64,000 nucleotides of DNA from Raillietiella orientalis (Eukaryota), in contig JAYWIR010000045.1 in NCBI GenBank assembly GCA_036172245.1, forward strand, positions 248,001 to 312,000. Direction: 5' to 3'. The translations under genes and the position numbers were made by a program. The first letter of the stretch is position 1, and every line of letters starts with the position of its first letter. The notes beneath the pieces were generated by a model. The model was not told the origin of the DNA and searched no databases. It saw only the letters and a list, made by a program, of their open reading frames with translations. Of this stretch, positions 22,440 to 36,333 are shown in pieces.

Positions 22440-24999
22440 TGAGCAGGTTGCCAGTCTTCCAGAGGGTCATCACATGCTGAAGACTCACGTGATAGTGCGA
22501 AGCTTGCACGAAGGACAACTCTGTTGCGTCTCTTCTCTCACCGTATTGAGAATCTAGTGCAGTTGTTACGAATGGATAGCATCTAAGGCACTTGAGTGTG
22601 GATTGAGAAGGAGATCTGCACTCTATGATAACGCTTTTTTACTAAATCGCACGTGGAACATCCGCATTACTCCTCATTCTTCCTCATCATTCCCGGCGTC
22701 TCATCCCTTTTACCAGAGAAGCTTCAGAGATGCTCCTTATTCTCCCCGCTCTCTCAGCCAGCATCCGGTTTTTCCTTCGCTGGCGAGGCCATGGCCTGCG
22801 GGGAGGTACCAGGAGGGAAAGTCTATGGGAACTACCAGGGAAGTACCAAGTACGGCACCAGGAGGCACCTGGGGTCATACTTGGTATTCAAGCTCCTTTT
22901 CCTCCATTCACGAAGTGAAAGCGGTGGTTTGAAATTTTTCGCTTTCCCGAATTCTGCTGCTCCTACCGCTGATCCCACTATCACATCTTCCCGAAGTCTT
23001 CCAGGTGCGTGAATACATACTCGTGTGTTTGATACGCAAACTGTGACCGTATTTGTGAATGTCAACATCGGTACCTTCTGGGCTAGGACTTCCAGAGCGG
23101 TTCTTCGCCCCCAATTTCCACGAGATTTACCTTCTTGAAATTCTCTAATTTGCTGCTCCCGAAGTGTACCTGCCTTCCTGTGGGTTGTCCGCCTGTGGGG
23201 CAACTCTTTCTCACTGACTGAGAAGCCGGAATCTACTAAAACGCACATGGGGAAGCAGCAAGGAGAAGCACCGAACAAAGCCACGAACCCTTCCCCCACG
23301 CAGCCGCCGTCATTGCCAAGGACGAATCTTCCTCGAAAACCCCCGGTCCAGAATCCACACCCGCAGTTCTGATTTGAACTATTGGTGTTGATCGGGTCGT
23401 TCTGATCCTGTTCTGATCCCAGAGAAGAGATGAGACGCACTGCGGTGCAAAACCAGGGTACATGAGCACACTCCGTCCGCGGATCCCAGTCGAAGCTAGC
23501 AGAGGGTGTAGCAAGCCGAACATGGGCGGCGACAGAAGGGAAAACAGATTTCATCCTTCTGAGATTCCGTGCAAGATGAAAACGCCTTCCTTCGATGCTG
23601 CGACTGACAACAGCCTCGTGACACCTTAGGTGATATATCTCTGAGTGAAGCTCCGCCGAATCTTCACGAGCTACGTATGTCTCGTTGCCTGGGTAATCTC
23701 TTTTCTGCAGTGGATTCCCAGGTAGAGCAACCAAAAAGCACTTGGTAGGAGCGCCTATCGGATGGATGGATGGCGGTTCGAGGGTTGCGTTCTTCCTTGA
23801 TGACGCTGGACTTCAACTTCCGTGCTTCAGCGGCTCATCTCCGTGGTCAGCGAACGAAGACTTCGAGACACATCCGCTTTTTCGGCTCGTTGTTCTCTTT
23901 CAGATCAGCGTCGCGGCCACACTGCCATCCCCTTCGCCGCTGATTCCCGAACGGACTCGGACGTTCACTCGAATAAAACAAACGATCAGAGGGATCCCGT
24001 GACGGCCACGATTATCTTACCAGAAAGATCGTTCGCGTGCCAACAGAGGAAAGATGAAGATGAGAAATCAGATCTTTCCACGTCATCTACAAACGTTTCT
24101 GTCCATTGAAAAAAGCATCTATAAAGTCAACGGGGCATTTTTTTTTCTTTTTTAAAAAAGATAAAAACCAAAAGTTCCGTCGAGCGGAGGAGAGAGATCT
24201 TGTCGATGCTTCGGAAGCACTAAATGGAGTACCACTTTATGCCGTTGGATCCAATTTCGCAGCCTCCTCCCAAGTGGCTGCACACAAACAGCAGCTTTTA
24301 TTTTTCCTGCAACTCTTTTGTACGATCGACCGAGCCGATATCTGGCACTTGGAAAAAGAGAAACGTCTTGGCCCTCGCGCTTGAAAGAAAATTTTTTTTT
24401 TCTTCTCCTTTTTGTTCTCGTAATTTCCCACCTGGATCAAGGAACGGGGATTTCTGGATCTCTTTCGATTTTCGACGTCCCCGCTCCGAGAGCCGAGTTT
24501 CGAGGGCGCGAGCGTTCACGGTCTGCAACAACCTGCGGCACACGCGGGGAGAACCCCGCTGAAGAGATCTGCACAGTCCGGCATCTGCAGCAGAGAGATC
24601 GGAAAATGCCTTCCTTCCAGTCCCCCCGCATTCGACCCCTTTCGGGATCGGCTCGAGGGGAGAGGCATCGTAGGTGGAAGTCCCGTACGAACGGCAGGAG
24701 AAAAGGCAGGCTCCCCCACGCAGCGAGCCGCACCGGTGCGACAACCGTGCACCGAGTCTGGGAAGGAAGAGTGGCATGCCCACGAGCGATCCGTTTTACA
24801 AGTTACTGCTGACGCTTGGCCTCCGGACACGTGCCACGAGATCCATGCAGCCACCGAGCCCAGCACGCAGCCGCTTCCCCCTTCAGTTGTACTTTGAATT
24901 ACCTTGATGGAAAAATGAAAGCATGGATTTTCTTTCGTGGCGCAGCAGTATCCTAGCGACCGGCGCTCTGGGTTTCGAATGTTTGCTTTCCGCTAACGG

Positions 25000-25400
25000 G
25001 AATCAACAACGAAATTGGATTAAGGATATTAACAGATTCATATGGCCAATCCATCTGGTTTTTGTCTCCACGGATGCGAACAAAGTACACGTAGATGAAG
25101 GACTCTTGCAATTATTTTCTTCCCTTGGGATCCGATTGTTTGTGTGTTTAGGGAAAGCAGCACACCACGACGTTGCTCCGGCAAGGAGGAATATTAGCAT
25201 TCTATACGGACCATCCGTTTTGTCTGAGAGACGTTCCCAATTCCCCCCCTCCTCCGCCCCATTTGGCGCATTAAGCGGCCTCATTAAAACCGAGAGATAA
25301 TGGAGCAGGTCGATATTTAAGTTCCAGAGATTCGAAAGGCTAATTGTATTTCCTGATGACGAGCTGCGGTACAGGGGATCCACGGTTCGTTTCCAGCATT
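25000..25400 (-). mobile_element. Possible EnSpm/CMC-like transposase relic
   Basis: LAG..CAAF...NRIP...TLFASVE...IGHMNLLISLI resembles the PLG..K.AFY..N.P...L..S...G...L..I segment of invertebrate EnSpm-like transposases. Confidence 0.25.
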
Positions 25401-27997
25401 CCAGCGTTTTTCACACTGCCGGGCATACAAGAGATGCAGCCGAGGGCGAAATTATCCTAGGGAAACGCTGCGAATGATTTTCCGAAGCGAATGCTCCCGA
25501 TGAAATTTTAAAAACGGGATGTCCTTCGTGAGAGCGCCATTACTACAAAGAATTCCGAGAAAACAAACAAAGAAAAGAAAGGACAGTAATTAGGAGTTAC
25601 GCTTCTTCTAATAGGAACTGAACGATGAGGAGCACTCCTTGAGCGGTATGAGAGCATTTCGAAAACAGCACTCGCTTACCACTTGGAGCAATTTGCCCCT
25701 CCCCCTTGACCCATCCCCGCGCGAATGTCTTCCTCGTCGTTAGCTGCGAACTGGTTGGTTGCTTTTGCGAAAGATTCTTTCCGTTTTCACTTCCGAACGA
25801 AGAGGCAGCATCTCTTCCGGGAATGACGAATTTTCGATTTTGCCCAACGTCTGGAATTTTCCATCACTCGCGGCGGAGATCCAGGCATGGTCCGCTTGGG
25901 TTCAGAAGCCCCTATATACAAATCTGTATTTTTTACACGGAGCGCCGTCTCTAGGGAACAGGGGGTTGGCCATTTTTTCGGAAAGTAGGGAATTGTCCTT
26001 GTCAAGGAAATAAGGGATAGAGAACGGCACGCATGCACCGGTGCCGAACTGGGAATCAAACTGAAACGAAGATGGTGGAACTTTTCCTGGATCCTGCCTT
26101 CATTTACTCATCCGACGTAGTTAGGACTTTCTGGTAAACTGAACCGGACTGTGTCTCTTGATGCTGCATGGGACCCTAACCAGGGAGGAGGAAATCTTCG
26201 AAAGCACGTTAGGATCCGGCAAATTCATTTTTCAAGTTTCAATCAACGAAGAAAGGGAAGTCACGTGACGGGAAAGTTCTCGATTCTCTGATACCGGGCA
26301 TGCTGCTTTCTGATTCCCCGTTAACAACAGCAGGAAATGAGTAGGCAAATGGTACAGCGCGTTTGCGACAAAGGAGACTGAGGGACACGAAAAAAAAAGA
26401 AGAAGAAGAAAAGAAAAAAAAAAAAGAAACTGCGAATCGCCTCCATCCGGAGTGTATGCGGGGAGCGCGTGGTACTTCCCTTCCCCTCACTGCACGGATG
26501 CTTCAAATCTCATCTCCAAGTCGTTCGCCTGCAGGAAATGCTCCGGCAGTTGTGCTCCTTTCAAAGACAGCGGAAAACGGAGTGGCATCACAAGACTTTA
26601 TAGAACTTTTCTCAGCTTCCTGAAATTGCCATCGACTCGAATCATTTCGAATCCGAACGTTCCTGCGAGGAGTGCGTAGGTCACAGTCAAATATCCATCC
26701 GGCGGGAGGAGACCCACGGCTGAAACCATTCAGGAATGTTTCCAACAGTCAAAGAGACCAAAAAAGACCTCTCTATCTGATTCATGTGCTCATCGCGTTC
26801 GCAATACGAATTGAGTGCAGTGCTCTTTAGATCGTGCTGAATTAGGGGCATTCTGACTTTCGGTGCTGTCACAGACATCTGGCCACGACGAGTGCAAGTT
26901 CACACATTGACGCTTCGGCACACGAGAGCATTTAAGAGAATTCTCTTTGGCGCTTTGATTCTAACCAGAGGAATCAGGATGCTGAACAATAGATGTACCA
27001 TGCAGTAGCCTTTCAGAATGACTCTCTAAGATTTCATTTTTTTTTTTTTTCTCTGAGCACCATTAGACCGTAAGAAAATTCGAGTCTGTTTCATATGGAG
27101 GAAGGAAACAGACAAGTGAATAGACTCCTGTTTCCAGGAGACGATTTTTGAGGAGCTTCCTCTACCTTGCTCACGGGCAATATTGCTGCCCCTGATCTTA
27201 AGGGAGGCGCGATTATTGCTAGTTGAAAACTCTTCCTTGTCACCCGTGTAGCAGCGGGGAAAGGGTGGCTGTGATCCGAGAAAACATTTCGCGTGTTCGA
27301 TTTGGACGTGTGGACGTCTGCTACATGCCGTATGGATCATCATTTCGCCCTATTTTTGGAATTCTTCTTCGACGCAACAAGGTCAAGGTTTTTAGAAGAA
27401 TGAAAACGTTCCTCTCTCTTCCTCGTGGAGTGTCTTTATAGCGAATTTCCGGGAGGAACTTCTCGACATAAACACGAGTTTGCTGATGGTGAATGTCGGA
27501 GCCGTTTAAGGAGACTGCTTCTTGCGTGCTCTATTTTTACTCTGAAGAACATCTTCCTCGCTTTCACATGGTCTTTGCAAACGCAGAAATATAAAAACGT
27601 AACTACTATTCCAGTGAGCTGCAAAAATGGAAGGAAAATACGATCTGCAATGTTCTCTACAGAGATAGCTTTGCTTCCTCAGCAAAGAGCTATTTCGATT
27701 CCTGAAGTGGATGCGGGGATGTAAAGCCAGTTCGTTCTTAAGAGCATCGACCGCCACTCCCATGTTTATTCCCCCTTGACTAATCGAGAACCGTCGAATG
27801 ACTCATTTAATAAATGAGCTAGTTATTTTCATTTATCAGTGATTTTTAAACTTGTTGTTCAGGACAAAAAGCGCTCCATCGTCTCGTGGGTTTGGTGTGA
27901 CTGCTTTCAAGCAAATTTCTGTGTTTCACAGAATTCACAGTATCGTTACGAGGAGCGGAAGGGAACCCAACATGCAAATCTTGAGTATTGGATGCTG

Positions 27998-28554
27998 GAG
28001 CACACCATTTCCCCACCCGTTTCTCGGGAAGTTTCGATGCCCCTCCCCGCTAATCAGCCATCTGCGGCATCCCAGAGATCCTACCACGATCGCTCTTGGT
28101 GGACAGCTGTCCACACTCCTTTGTAGAAGTTCTCGGTAACTGTTCTCCTCTCCTTTTGCATTGCCTCCCCTAGCACCCATGATGAACACTCGTAGAGAGC
28201 AATGCCCACTCTGACTTCTCTCCGGAGGACAGATGCGGCATCTGTTTCACGCTGATTTCCGGAACCAGTGGACTGGAGGCCAGCAGCCTCCGATCCTTCT
28301 TGCTCTTGATCTGGGTCAGCGGCTTGTCAGTTGCTTACCGTGAACGCGGTTCGGCAGTTGGCTCATCTGCTGAGGATGCGTTCTGTCCTCACTTCCTCAC
28401 CTACCTTCCTCACCTTCTCTGCAGTCCTTGGTGGTTGGATGGCGCGCCGGTTCGAGGTGATTGGCTTCCTCTCGTGTGCATCGAGAGCGGTGCTCCCGAA
28501 TGCGACCCTGGGCACTGAACCCTCAAGCGTCTGTTTTGCATCGACTCTTCCTGA
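27998..28554 (-). repeat. Near-identical inverted duplicate of 54913-55468
   Basis: By-eye alignment gives about 6 differences over ~557 bp. Confidence 0.95.
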
Positions 28555-28884
28555 TCCTCGCCTTTCCAATTCCATGTGCTTCTTCATATCGCCGGTGGCT
28601 TCCTTCACCTTCCGTCGATCGCATCAGACGGGAACAGAAGGAACAAGCCCCAAAATGTTCATCTGCTGGTGATGCACGGGATCCATCTTTCACCACTAAT
28701 CGATATGGTACGTAACCACATGGAGCACGAAATTTCAGCTCTCCTAAGATTTGCGGGCAGGAGAAAGAGGATAAGAAGATAAAGGACAGAATTTACTGAA
28801 GGACCCTCGTTTATATGCTTTTGCGACGTCGCTTTATTTCACTGAGTCCTGAATATGAGATTCCCAGAGATCAAGTCTGATGTG

Positions 28885-29300
28885 TCAACTTATGTGCTCT
28901 ATCTTGAGAGTAGCATATTTGCAAATGATTGAGAACAGTGAATTAGGGATGTCACGGGCGATCTGTGAGTGGTTCAGATCTTTTCTATTTGTTTTTTTTG
29001 AAAGAAAGAGTTCTTGACTTCTTTGAAAGTTGTGGAGATTCCAGAAGTGTTTTTCCTTTCGATGATGATGCATACTGTGACAGTCTCGCAGAATGAAAAC
29101 CCTTTCAGGAGAAATTATCCACAGGGCCTTGTGGTCGTCGTACACAACCGGAACATCGGGACAGGAAGAACACAACCTCTTGCTTTCCACAACTCTCCAT
29201 TTCTCTGATCTCGGGCCTGTGCGGTAGCAAAGGTCGTCTCGTCCGTTTTCTTGTGAATCTCGGCTTCTGAAATTCTGGCGTTGTCCTCTTTAGTCCTTTG
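28885..29300 (-). mobile_element. Possible hAT (Hermes-type DNA-binding region) relic
   Basis: LCTTTTRPCG.FLLKGFSF resembles D.RP..IV...GF, and HSQIARDI resembles the PxRxTISR motif. Confidence 0.25.
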
Positions 29301-30116
29301 AGAAATGTGATGGGTTTCCTATTTTGTTCATACCCCCGTATGGGGGTTTAACGAGATATGAATGACTGCTGCCAAGTGGTAAGAAAAAACATGGGGGATC
29401 TTGTGGAAACATCAAAATGGTCTCTCGGGATATTGACGTGTTGTTGTTTTTGGATGCCCGTTTCTCATCACTTCCGTTGCTTGCAGTCGGTTTCCCTAGC
29501 TGGTTGTTTTTTTTTCTGTCTCGCGGGGCTCACTTCAGCTGGGAGAAGCCGACAGCAGTCCGGGTCCACATCAGCAATCAGAACCCATTGGGATGTGGAT
29601 TCGGCGATTCTCAAAATCTATGGGACAAGCAGCAGATGATGGAAGATTCGTCAGTGGTTCCTCTCGCACCGTTGCTTCATTCAAGCGTCAGACTGCAAAG
29701 ATCTCGGCCTTGTTTTAGGATGCGGATCGTGTTCTGTAAGAGTCGGTGTTGTGTCTTGAGTGATTCACAGAGAGAAAAAATTTTCAGCGAGCTATCCTGT
29801 AACCTAAGAGCACTCAGATCACGGAGGAATCTGAAAATATCTCAACTTCGAGGCGGTGGAGTGTTTCAGTACGTGTGGAGTCTGACCTCCATTTCAGCTT
29901 GAAGCATTTGCCCCATTGCATACCGAAATCAGTCAACAAGGTGAATCATGTGAATCATTCCGGATGAGGAGGAAAGTGGCAGAAGATTCCATTGGTAAGC
30001 CGTCGATACTGTTGAGGAGAATGCAATGCAGGGTTGTCTCAATGGTGTTTATGAGTATAAACAGAAGTGGGTAGAGAATGTCGAAGAAAGCAATAGGATT
30101 TCAAAGGTTTTCAGTT

Positions 30117-31000
30117 TCTCGAGAAACGCTGAAGATGCTGAGATGAGGAAAGAGTCGCTGATAAGGGCAGATCACCGGAAGCTTCGCCGCCCCCCTGGAA
30201 CTTTCTTATCAGAGATGTTCAGATTCGTGACCACTTTCCTGCTACGAGACAACAGAGCCGACGAAAGGACATCCCGGGAGACACCTCGACCTCTACTCGG
30301 ATGCCGGAAGTATCCCACTGCACGAAGGACAAGTCATCAACAGATATGTGCTTGAGTTTGAGGAGTTTGTGGCAGGCATCTCCCGAAATCCCGGAGTCGC
30401 GCAGGCACAGGAGCATCTGGAGAAGTGCCTGCTCCGATGTCCAAGAAGCAGAATCGTGCCGGATTGATCCCGATGCTTCTGTCTTCTAGTGAAAGTGAAT
30501 TCGGACTCATTTTCCGAGGAAATCGGGGAATCTACGCATCTTTGCAAGCATCCTTGATGATGCTTCTTGCAGCACATGCGGAGATCCTTGAGGAAGAAAG
30601 CTGTCGAAGTCGACATTCCGGAAGAAGGATCACACGGATGCAGTCAGCATCTTAGAATAGCATTACCGGTGGTATGCAGCCTCCACCCCAGCAGAAGCGA
30701 CGCCTGCGTATTTTAGAAGTCTTCGTCATGAAAGCCGACTGGTGGCTCCGTGGAACGAAGAGATCACCGTGGCTGAGTTTTGAAAACTGCGGCAGTTTTT
30801 TTCGAGATGAGAATGAAGCGGCCAAGGACATCTTTCAAGCTTTGGTTCCGTGGAAAATAGTGCCTTTGCTGATTCTGGACCCAGCATCAGCCTTATGGCA
30901 CACCCTCGTGAGCAGCGCAGACTGCTCGGGAATACACGAATTAGTTGGTGGATGGCTTGGCACCCGATCCGCATCAAGGGGAAGAGATCCCAGAATCCTT
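30117..31000 (+). mobile_element. Degenerate Ty3/gypsy-like gag-protease relic
   Basis: Gag-like LHEGQVINRYVLEFEEFV (~30318-30372), followed by aspartic-protease-like SAFADSGPSISLM (~30858-30897). Confidence 0.4.
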
Positions 31001-31880
31001 CTAGTTTCCACAAAGATGTCTGAGAAGGTCGGAAGTTGCCATCATAGGCATTTTACGATGTGGAAGGAGGAAACCTTTCTCTGACTTCTTGAGAAGCTTG
31101 CTTGGTCCTGCCGATTTCGCAGTTCCTCTTCCTGACAAGTGAGAAAGGTGAGCAGCGCTGCTTCGGACTCGGTGAGCCTTTGAGAATGCGGAATCACAGA
31201 CTGTCTCGCGTCATTCCAGGGAACCTGGAACTCATCTTTTCGATAAACTGAAGACGCGATCAGTGAGGTTTCCACGTGGATGTCACAGTTTTCTGGCGAG
31301 GAAGAAATTGGTGCACTCGTCACATGGCAAGAACACCAAAAAAAAAAACAAAAAAACAAAGAGAAAAAGCTCAATATGGAGCGAAATTCTGTCAAAAGAA
31401 ATGAATAATGTTGAGGATCACAGTTTGGAAAGTTTCTTCGTTCTCGTTGCGGAACAGAAATCGAGCAGTTTGTCACTTCGCAGTATCAATGTCACTGAGT
31501 GCATTCTCCCGTGGAAGAGGTTCCTCCTGACGACGGCAAACTCGATGGGGAAGCAGTGAATGCCCCAAGAAGCTGTCGACGGCAAATTAGGAGTTCCTCT
31601 GTCCCTGCTACGGGACACTGCACTCAAGCAGAATGAAATTCTCAGGGCACGATGGCCACAGCATCATTCCAGCTGACAAAGGGCTATCCCGAATCGTTCA
31701 GCATTTCTTGATTGGACGCTGCAGAACATGTACGGATAAATAACGTACAAGGAAATGAAAGAGGAGTTTTATCTCAAAGGTAGAAGGAATCATGGTACAT
31801 CCTACATAGCGTTTCCGGTTGTCAGATGGAATTCGTCTCCATTACCCGAAGAATGGCCAGAGGGCGCTCTTGAAAAATCT

Positions 31881-32252
31881 CGATTCTGCTTCTTGGACAT
31901 CGAAGGAGGCACTTCTCCAGATGCTCCTCCCGCTCTACATCGAAGAGCGTGAGGGTCACAAGCACCCTTTCGCCCAGTGTTACCAGCGTTCCCGATGTCT
32001 GACCTTGCTCTGTGCCTGCGCGACTCTGGGATTGATGATTTGTCTTTCGTACAGTGGGATACTTCCAGCATCCGAGTAGAGGTCGAGGTGTCTCTCTGGC
32101 TGCCCTTTCGTTGGCTCTGTTGTCTCGTAGCAGAAAAGTGGTCACGAATCTGAACATCTCTGATAAGAAAGTTCTAAGGGGGTGAAGTTTCCGGAGATCT
32201 GCCCTTAGCAGCGACTCCTTCCTCACCTCAGCATCTTCACCGTTTCTCGAGA
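31881..32252 (-). repeat. Inverted, diverged duplicate of 30117-30456 (gag-like)
   Basis: Long shared blocks such as actttcttatcagagatgttcagattcgtgaccact and ggagcatctggagaagtgcct. Each copy has a different internal deletion. Confidence 0.9.
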
Positions 32253-32989
32253 GCAAACGATGTCTTTTCCCCTTAGGAATGTCTGCAGCTTGCTCAACTT
32301 CGGGCATCAAAGCTCACGTTCCGATCTCGACGTGTCCGTCCTCATCCTCTTTTCCTCTTCAACGTGCGAGCGCTGTGTGTGTCAGTCTGAGGGTCCCTGA
32401 GAAGCCTGTGCGCCAGCCCAGGCTGTTTATTCGGGATGTTTGCCGTTTCTCCGATTTCCAGCTCCGCGCAGAGGGCAAAAGGAAGGAACTTCCAGCTGGT
32501 TGCAGTCTCTTCTCGTGCGCCCGGAAGCAGGACGCGATCAGGGAAGAAGGAATGCTGTGCACTATGCATTCAATGTGATGCTGGAGGTGGATTCTGATCT
32601 GATGTCTTCACGAGAAAGTGTACCAAACCGAAGCAGGAATGCTCTCTTCACGCGTCACCAACACGTCTTCAAAAGCGTTATCAAGGACTTTTCTGGATCC
32701 TGATTGGACGGTGTTGACGATAGTAACGAACATGGTCGAATAGTGGTGTTTACCGGCAGCCTTGAAGAGGCACGAGGAAATAAGTAATCCTGTTACAAGA
32801 GAACTTACCGTGTCGGCATCTTGGGTGGGACCAGGACAATACAAAATTCATAGGAAGAAGGAAGAGAAGAGCGACAAAACAGGGGAGCCACGAATCTGTT
32901 ATCTTCGCGAGAGATGAACTTGCTACATCCTTTGCCTGTTTCAGCTGTGAATCCACCTCTCCAGATGGGTCCTGATCTCTCCGCCTCTG

Positions 32990-33982
32990 TGATCCTGAGT
33001 GATCACATCCGGCCCTGCTGCAACGTCGGGAATTCAGAGGAGTGCATAAGTGGGGGAATGTAGGAGGGAGGTGTGGTCGCTCGTCACGTTCCACCACGCA
33101 GCCGGTGAGCATTTCCTGAGAGAAGATCGAGGAAAGTGGACACTGCCTTAAGGATAAACGACGACAGCTGCCTACCGGCAAGGTGGAAGTTTTCCTGCGC
33201 CGTTGCAGGGGGGAAGACGAAGCTCATGGGCGTCTGGAAGATGCTAGAGTTGGCAGACGCCGCCGCTCCGCGTATCCAGGCAAAGGGAAGTTCCTTCGGC
33301 GGTCCGAACTGTCAAGTGTCGCTCCCGAAGAATTTGCAGTCCCTCCCTTGTGTTTGAACTCTCCCATGTTCTCTGTGACCTGGAGGAAGGCGGCGCTGCT
33401 CTTTCCTCGCTAGTAATTCTTGTGCGACGAACGCTGGAGCCCTCGTTTCCGGTGGGGTTGCCTCTCCTCGAACGGCGTCAGGTGCGGGTCGGTGGAGACC
33501 GGACCCCGCACCTGCTATTGGACTGCAGCGCCCCCTGCGAACTGCGGCGGTTCTTCGCGCGAGGCGGACTCAGCTGAGCGCAGCAGTCGCGACGACGCGT
33601 GCGCGCCTTCGCCACGGCCCGCCGTGTGTGCGCGCGATACGCAGACGCAGCGAAGGGAGGCCACCCGCATGGCAGCCGTCGTACGTGAGGACGGCCGCAA
33701 GGTGCTGGCTCGCCTGGAAGAGGAAGCCAAGGAGGAGATCGATGTGCCATCCAGTCCCGGTTCATGAATAAGGAGCGGCCACGGCCAAAGGCCTGCTGTC
33801 CACACCCTCTCTTCATTTATTTCTTCACTGTCCCTTCCCCTCTTGCTGCAAACTGTCCCGGTAACCGACTTATATGCCGGCGGACCCTCTCCTTGAACTC
33901 ACTTGGTTTTCGGTGGGGAACCAGCGTTTCCCAATCGGTTTCTCTTTTTCGAAATAAACGCACCCGGAGCGACCGGGTGACG
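32990..33982 (+). mobile_element. 5'-truncated L1/Tx1-like LINE, copy C
   Basis: PHLLLDCS zinc-finger remnant and homology to copy D (FSCA.AGKTKL.G..K..ELADA.APRIQAK). AATAAA at 33953-33958 followed by cgcacccggagcgaccgggtga. Confidence 0.7.
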
Positions 33983-35349
33983 AAGAACGTGGACCGGCGC
34001 GAGAAGCACGCACTTTGCTGGGCATCCTCCCGGAGGTCGCGGGGAAAATTTGCGTGGATCTTCCTCGCGCTCCCGCGAAGGGAGTCACCGGTTCGCCGCC
34101 TGCACTGAGCGCCGCCAATCTACAGAGTAAAGGCGAACCGGTTTATCCTCCTCAATTTCAAAAAGCGTGACTTGGTTTGCTTACCTTTTCCTCCCGTAGG
34201 AAGAGAGTCTCCTCGTGTGCTATCCGAGCGACTCCCCGGTGCATTCCCGCTACGCAGGCACTCGTAGTCGGGTTCCCCGGGTACCTCTTTTCCAGAGTCC
34301 AGCTTCTTTGTTTGATTTCCTCTCTCCGCTAGTCATGGGGAAAGCGCGGAAACTCTGGTGATCTGAACATCCTCGGTGCGCTCCTCAGCTCCTCCCATGG
34401 ACTTTGTCCCCAGCTTCCGGCATGAAGTTCTACCGGGAACGTGGTTTTTCCCTCCTTTTTTTAACAAGGACATCCGGATCGGCGCTTCCACTTTCTTTGG
34501 AAAGTGACTCCAGGCAATGCGGTGGATCCCGCCGGCGTTCCTCCCTCTCTCTGGACTCTGCTGCCATGGCTGCCCGATCTTGCGCCAGACCACTTTCGCA
34601 GGACATGGAGTGCGTGCGCTGCGCGCCATTGCTCCACGCGGGCGATTCACCACGGCATCCCGACAATCTGAGGAAGGTCGATCACCCTGGCCACAGCGGG
34701 CTGAAGTCCCTAACGTTTCGAAAGGCCGTTCAGGTAGGAAAACGAGGGAGACTCCCCACTCCATTCACCCCGAAAAGCCGAGGCAGCAGCGCTACCCATC
34801 TCGAGCCCATAGGTGGTTCCGTGCCTTCCACCTCAATGCAGCATGTCATGAACGATTCTGTAGACGAGGTTACGTTCAATCCTGGGGTTCGTGGCGAGGA
34901 CAGACCGAACATCCCTTCGGGTTCTCAAACGGATCGGATGCACTGCACCCGTAGTGACGTGCGCCAGGGTGGGATGGTTTCACTCGTCTCACGCACGTAA
35001 TGCGTTTTGGAGGATCGAAGGTCAAACCAGTACCTTGCTGTGTCCACAGCCATCCGGCCGAGCGTGTGTGTGCGCGTCCTGGACCATTTCGGACAATGCT
35101 AACATCCCCTGATGAGGTGCACAGTTGACGTTGCCAACAGTCCTTCATCTCGCCGTCACGTTTGGCAAACACGTGCATCTCAACTCCCTGGACTGCGTAG
35201 TTTATGGCTGAAGGTAATGAAGGGATCGAACCCGATTGGCAAGGTTACTGAGTTCCACTGGAATTAGCCTGCACGCTGTGCAGGGATGCCACCTTCCTTG
35301 CAGCCGAAGTACATTTGGTCGCGCATCACTTCCAGTAATGCACGTTTAC

Positions 35350-36333
35350 CGAGTGACTACCCCCAATCCCCAACTATCAACACCCCGAAAAATCATGTCA
35401 AGCAAATATATATATATGTATATGCTTATTATACATAGGTTAGCATGCAAATTTATTTTAACATGCACGGTTATTCGTGTTTGTTAGCATGCATATTGTT
35501 AACAGTAATAATATTGGAACAGGTATATTTATTAAGATTCAGGGACATACATTTTGTTAATATAATTTATAAGTTGTTGTTTATTATATTGCTGCTATGC
35601 ATATTAAAAATTGCAAAAAATAAGTACATGCGCTTATTATATGTATTGAGATATATAATTATGTAAAGGTTAACATATGGATTAATATATATGTCATGGA
35701 AATTATTACAAATAAATATATGTGCTTATTACATGTATTGAAATATATATATTTATGTAAAGGTTACTATATGGAGTACTATATATCATGAAGATTATAA
35801 AACAAAATATATATGCTCATTGAATGTATTGATACATGTATATCTTTATGCAAAAGTTATCATATGCGTTATCATATATCATGAAGATTATGAGAAAGAA
35901 ATATATATGGGCTTATTATATGTATTGATAATAAATATTGATGTACAAAAAGCACATATATTTATTTTCTATAATCTTTAATATATATTAAATATTATAA
36001 AAAGTAAAGACATATGCCTATTATATACATTAATATATATATCTACATATAAATGTCTATAAATATATATCTCAATACATATAATAAACATATATATTTA
36101 TTTTTTATAACCTTTAATATGTATATCGACAATATGATCAACAACTTATTAATTTTATTAATTAAGTGCATGCCACTGAATCTTAATAAATAGTATTACC
36201 GTTAACAATATGTATGTTTACAAACATCTGGAACTGTGCATATTAACCTATGTATAATAAGCACATATGTATGTATTTTTGCTTTTCATGATCTTTCGGG
36301 ATTTCGATCGTTCGGGACTTTGAGCCAGACCCG
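35350..36333. mobile_element. AT-rich foldback/MITE-like element with long imperfect TIRs and internal ~90-bp tandem repeats
   Basis: The left arm ccccgaaaaatcatg..tgcttattatacataggtta..attgttaac..tttattaagattcag..taagttgttg matches the reverse complement of ~36135-36315. Internal units (gcttatt..tgtattga..tatgtaaaggtt) start near 35631, 35724, 35815 and 35911. Confidence 0.8.

Noticed and set aside
22832..23734. 300-aa minus-strand ORF as a real protein
   Set aside because: It appears to read through intron-like segments and has no recognisable domain.
35625..35945. CRISPR-like array
   Set aside because: The units are degenerate contiguous tandem repeats without unique spacers, and there are no cas genes.
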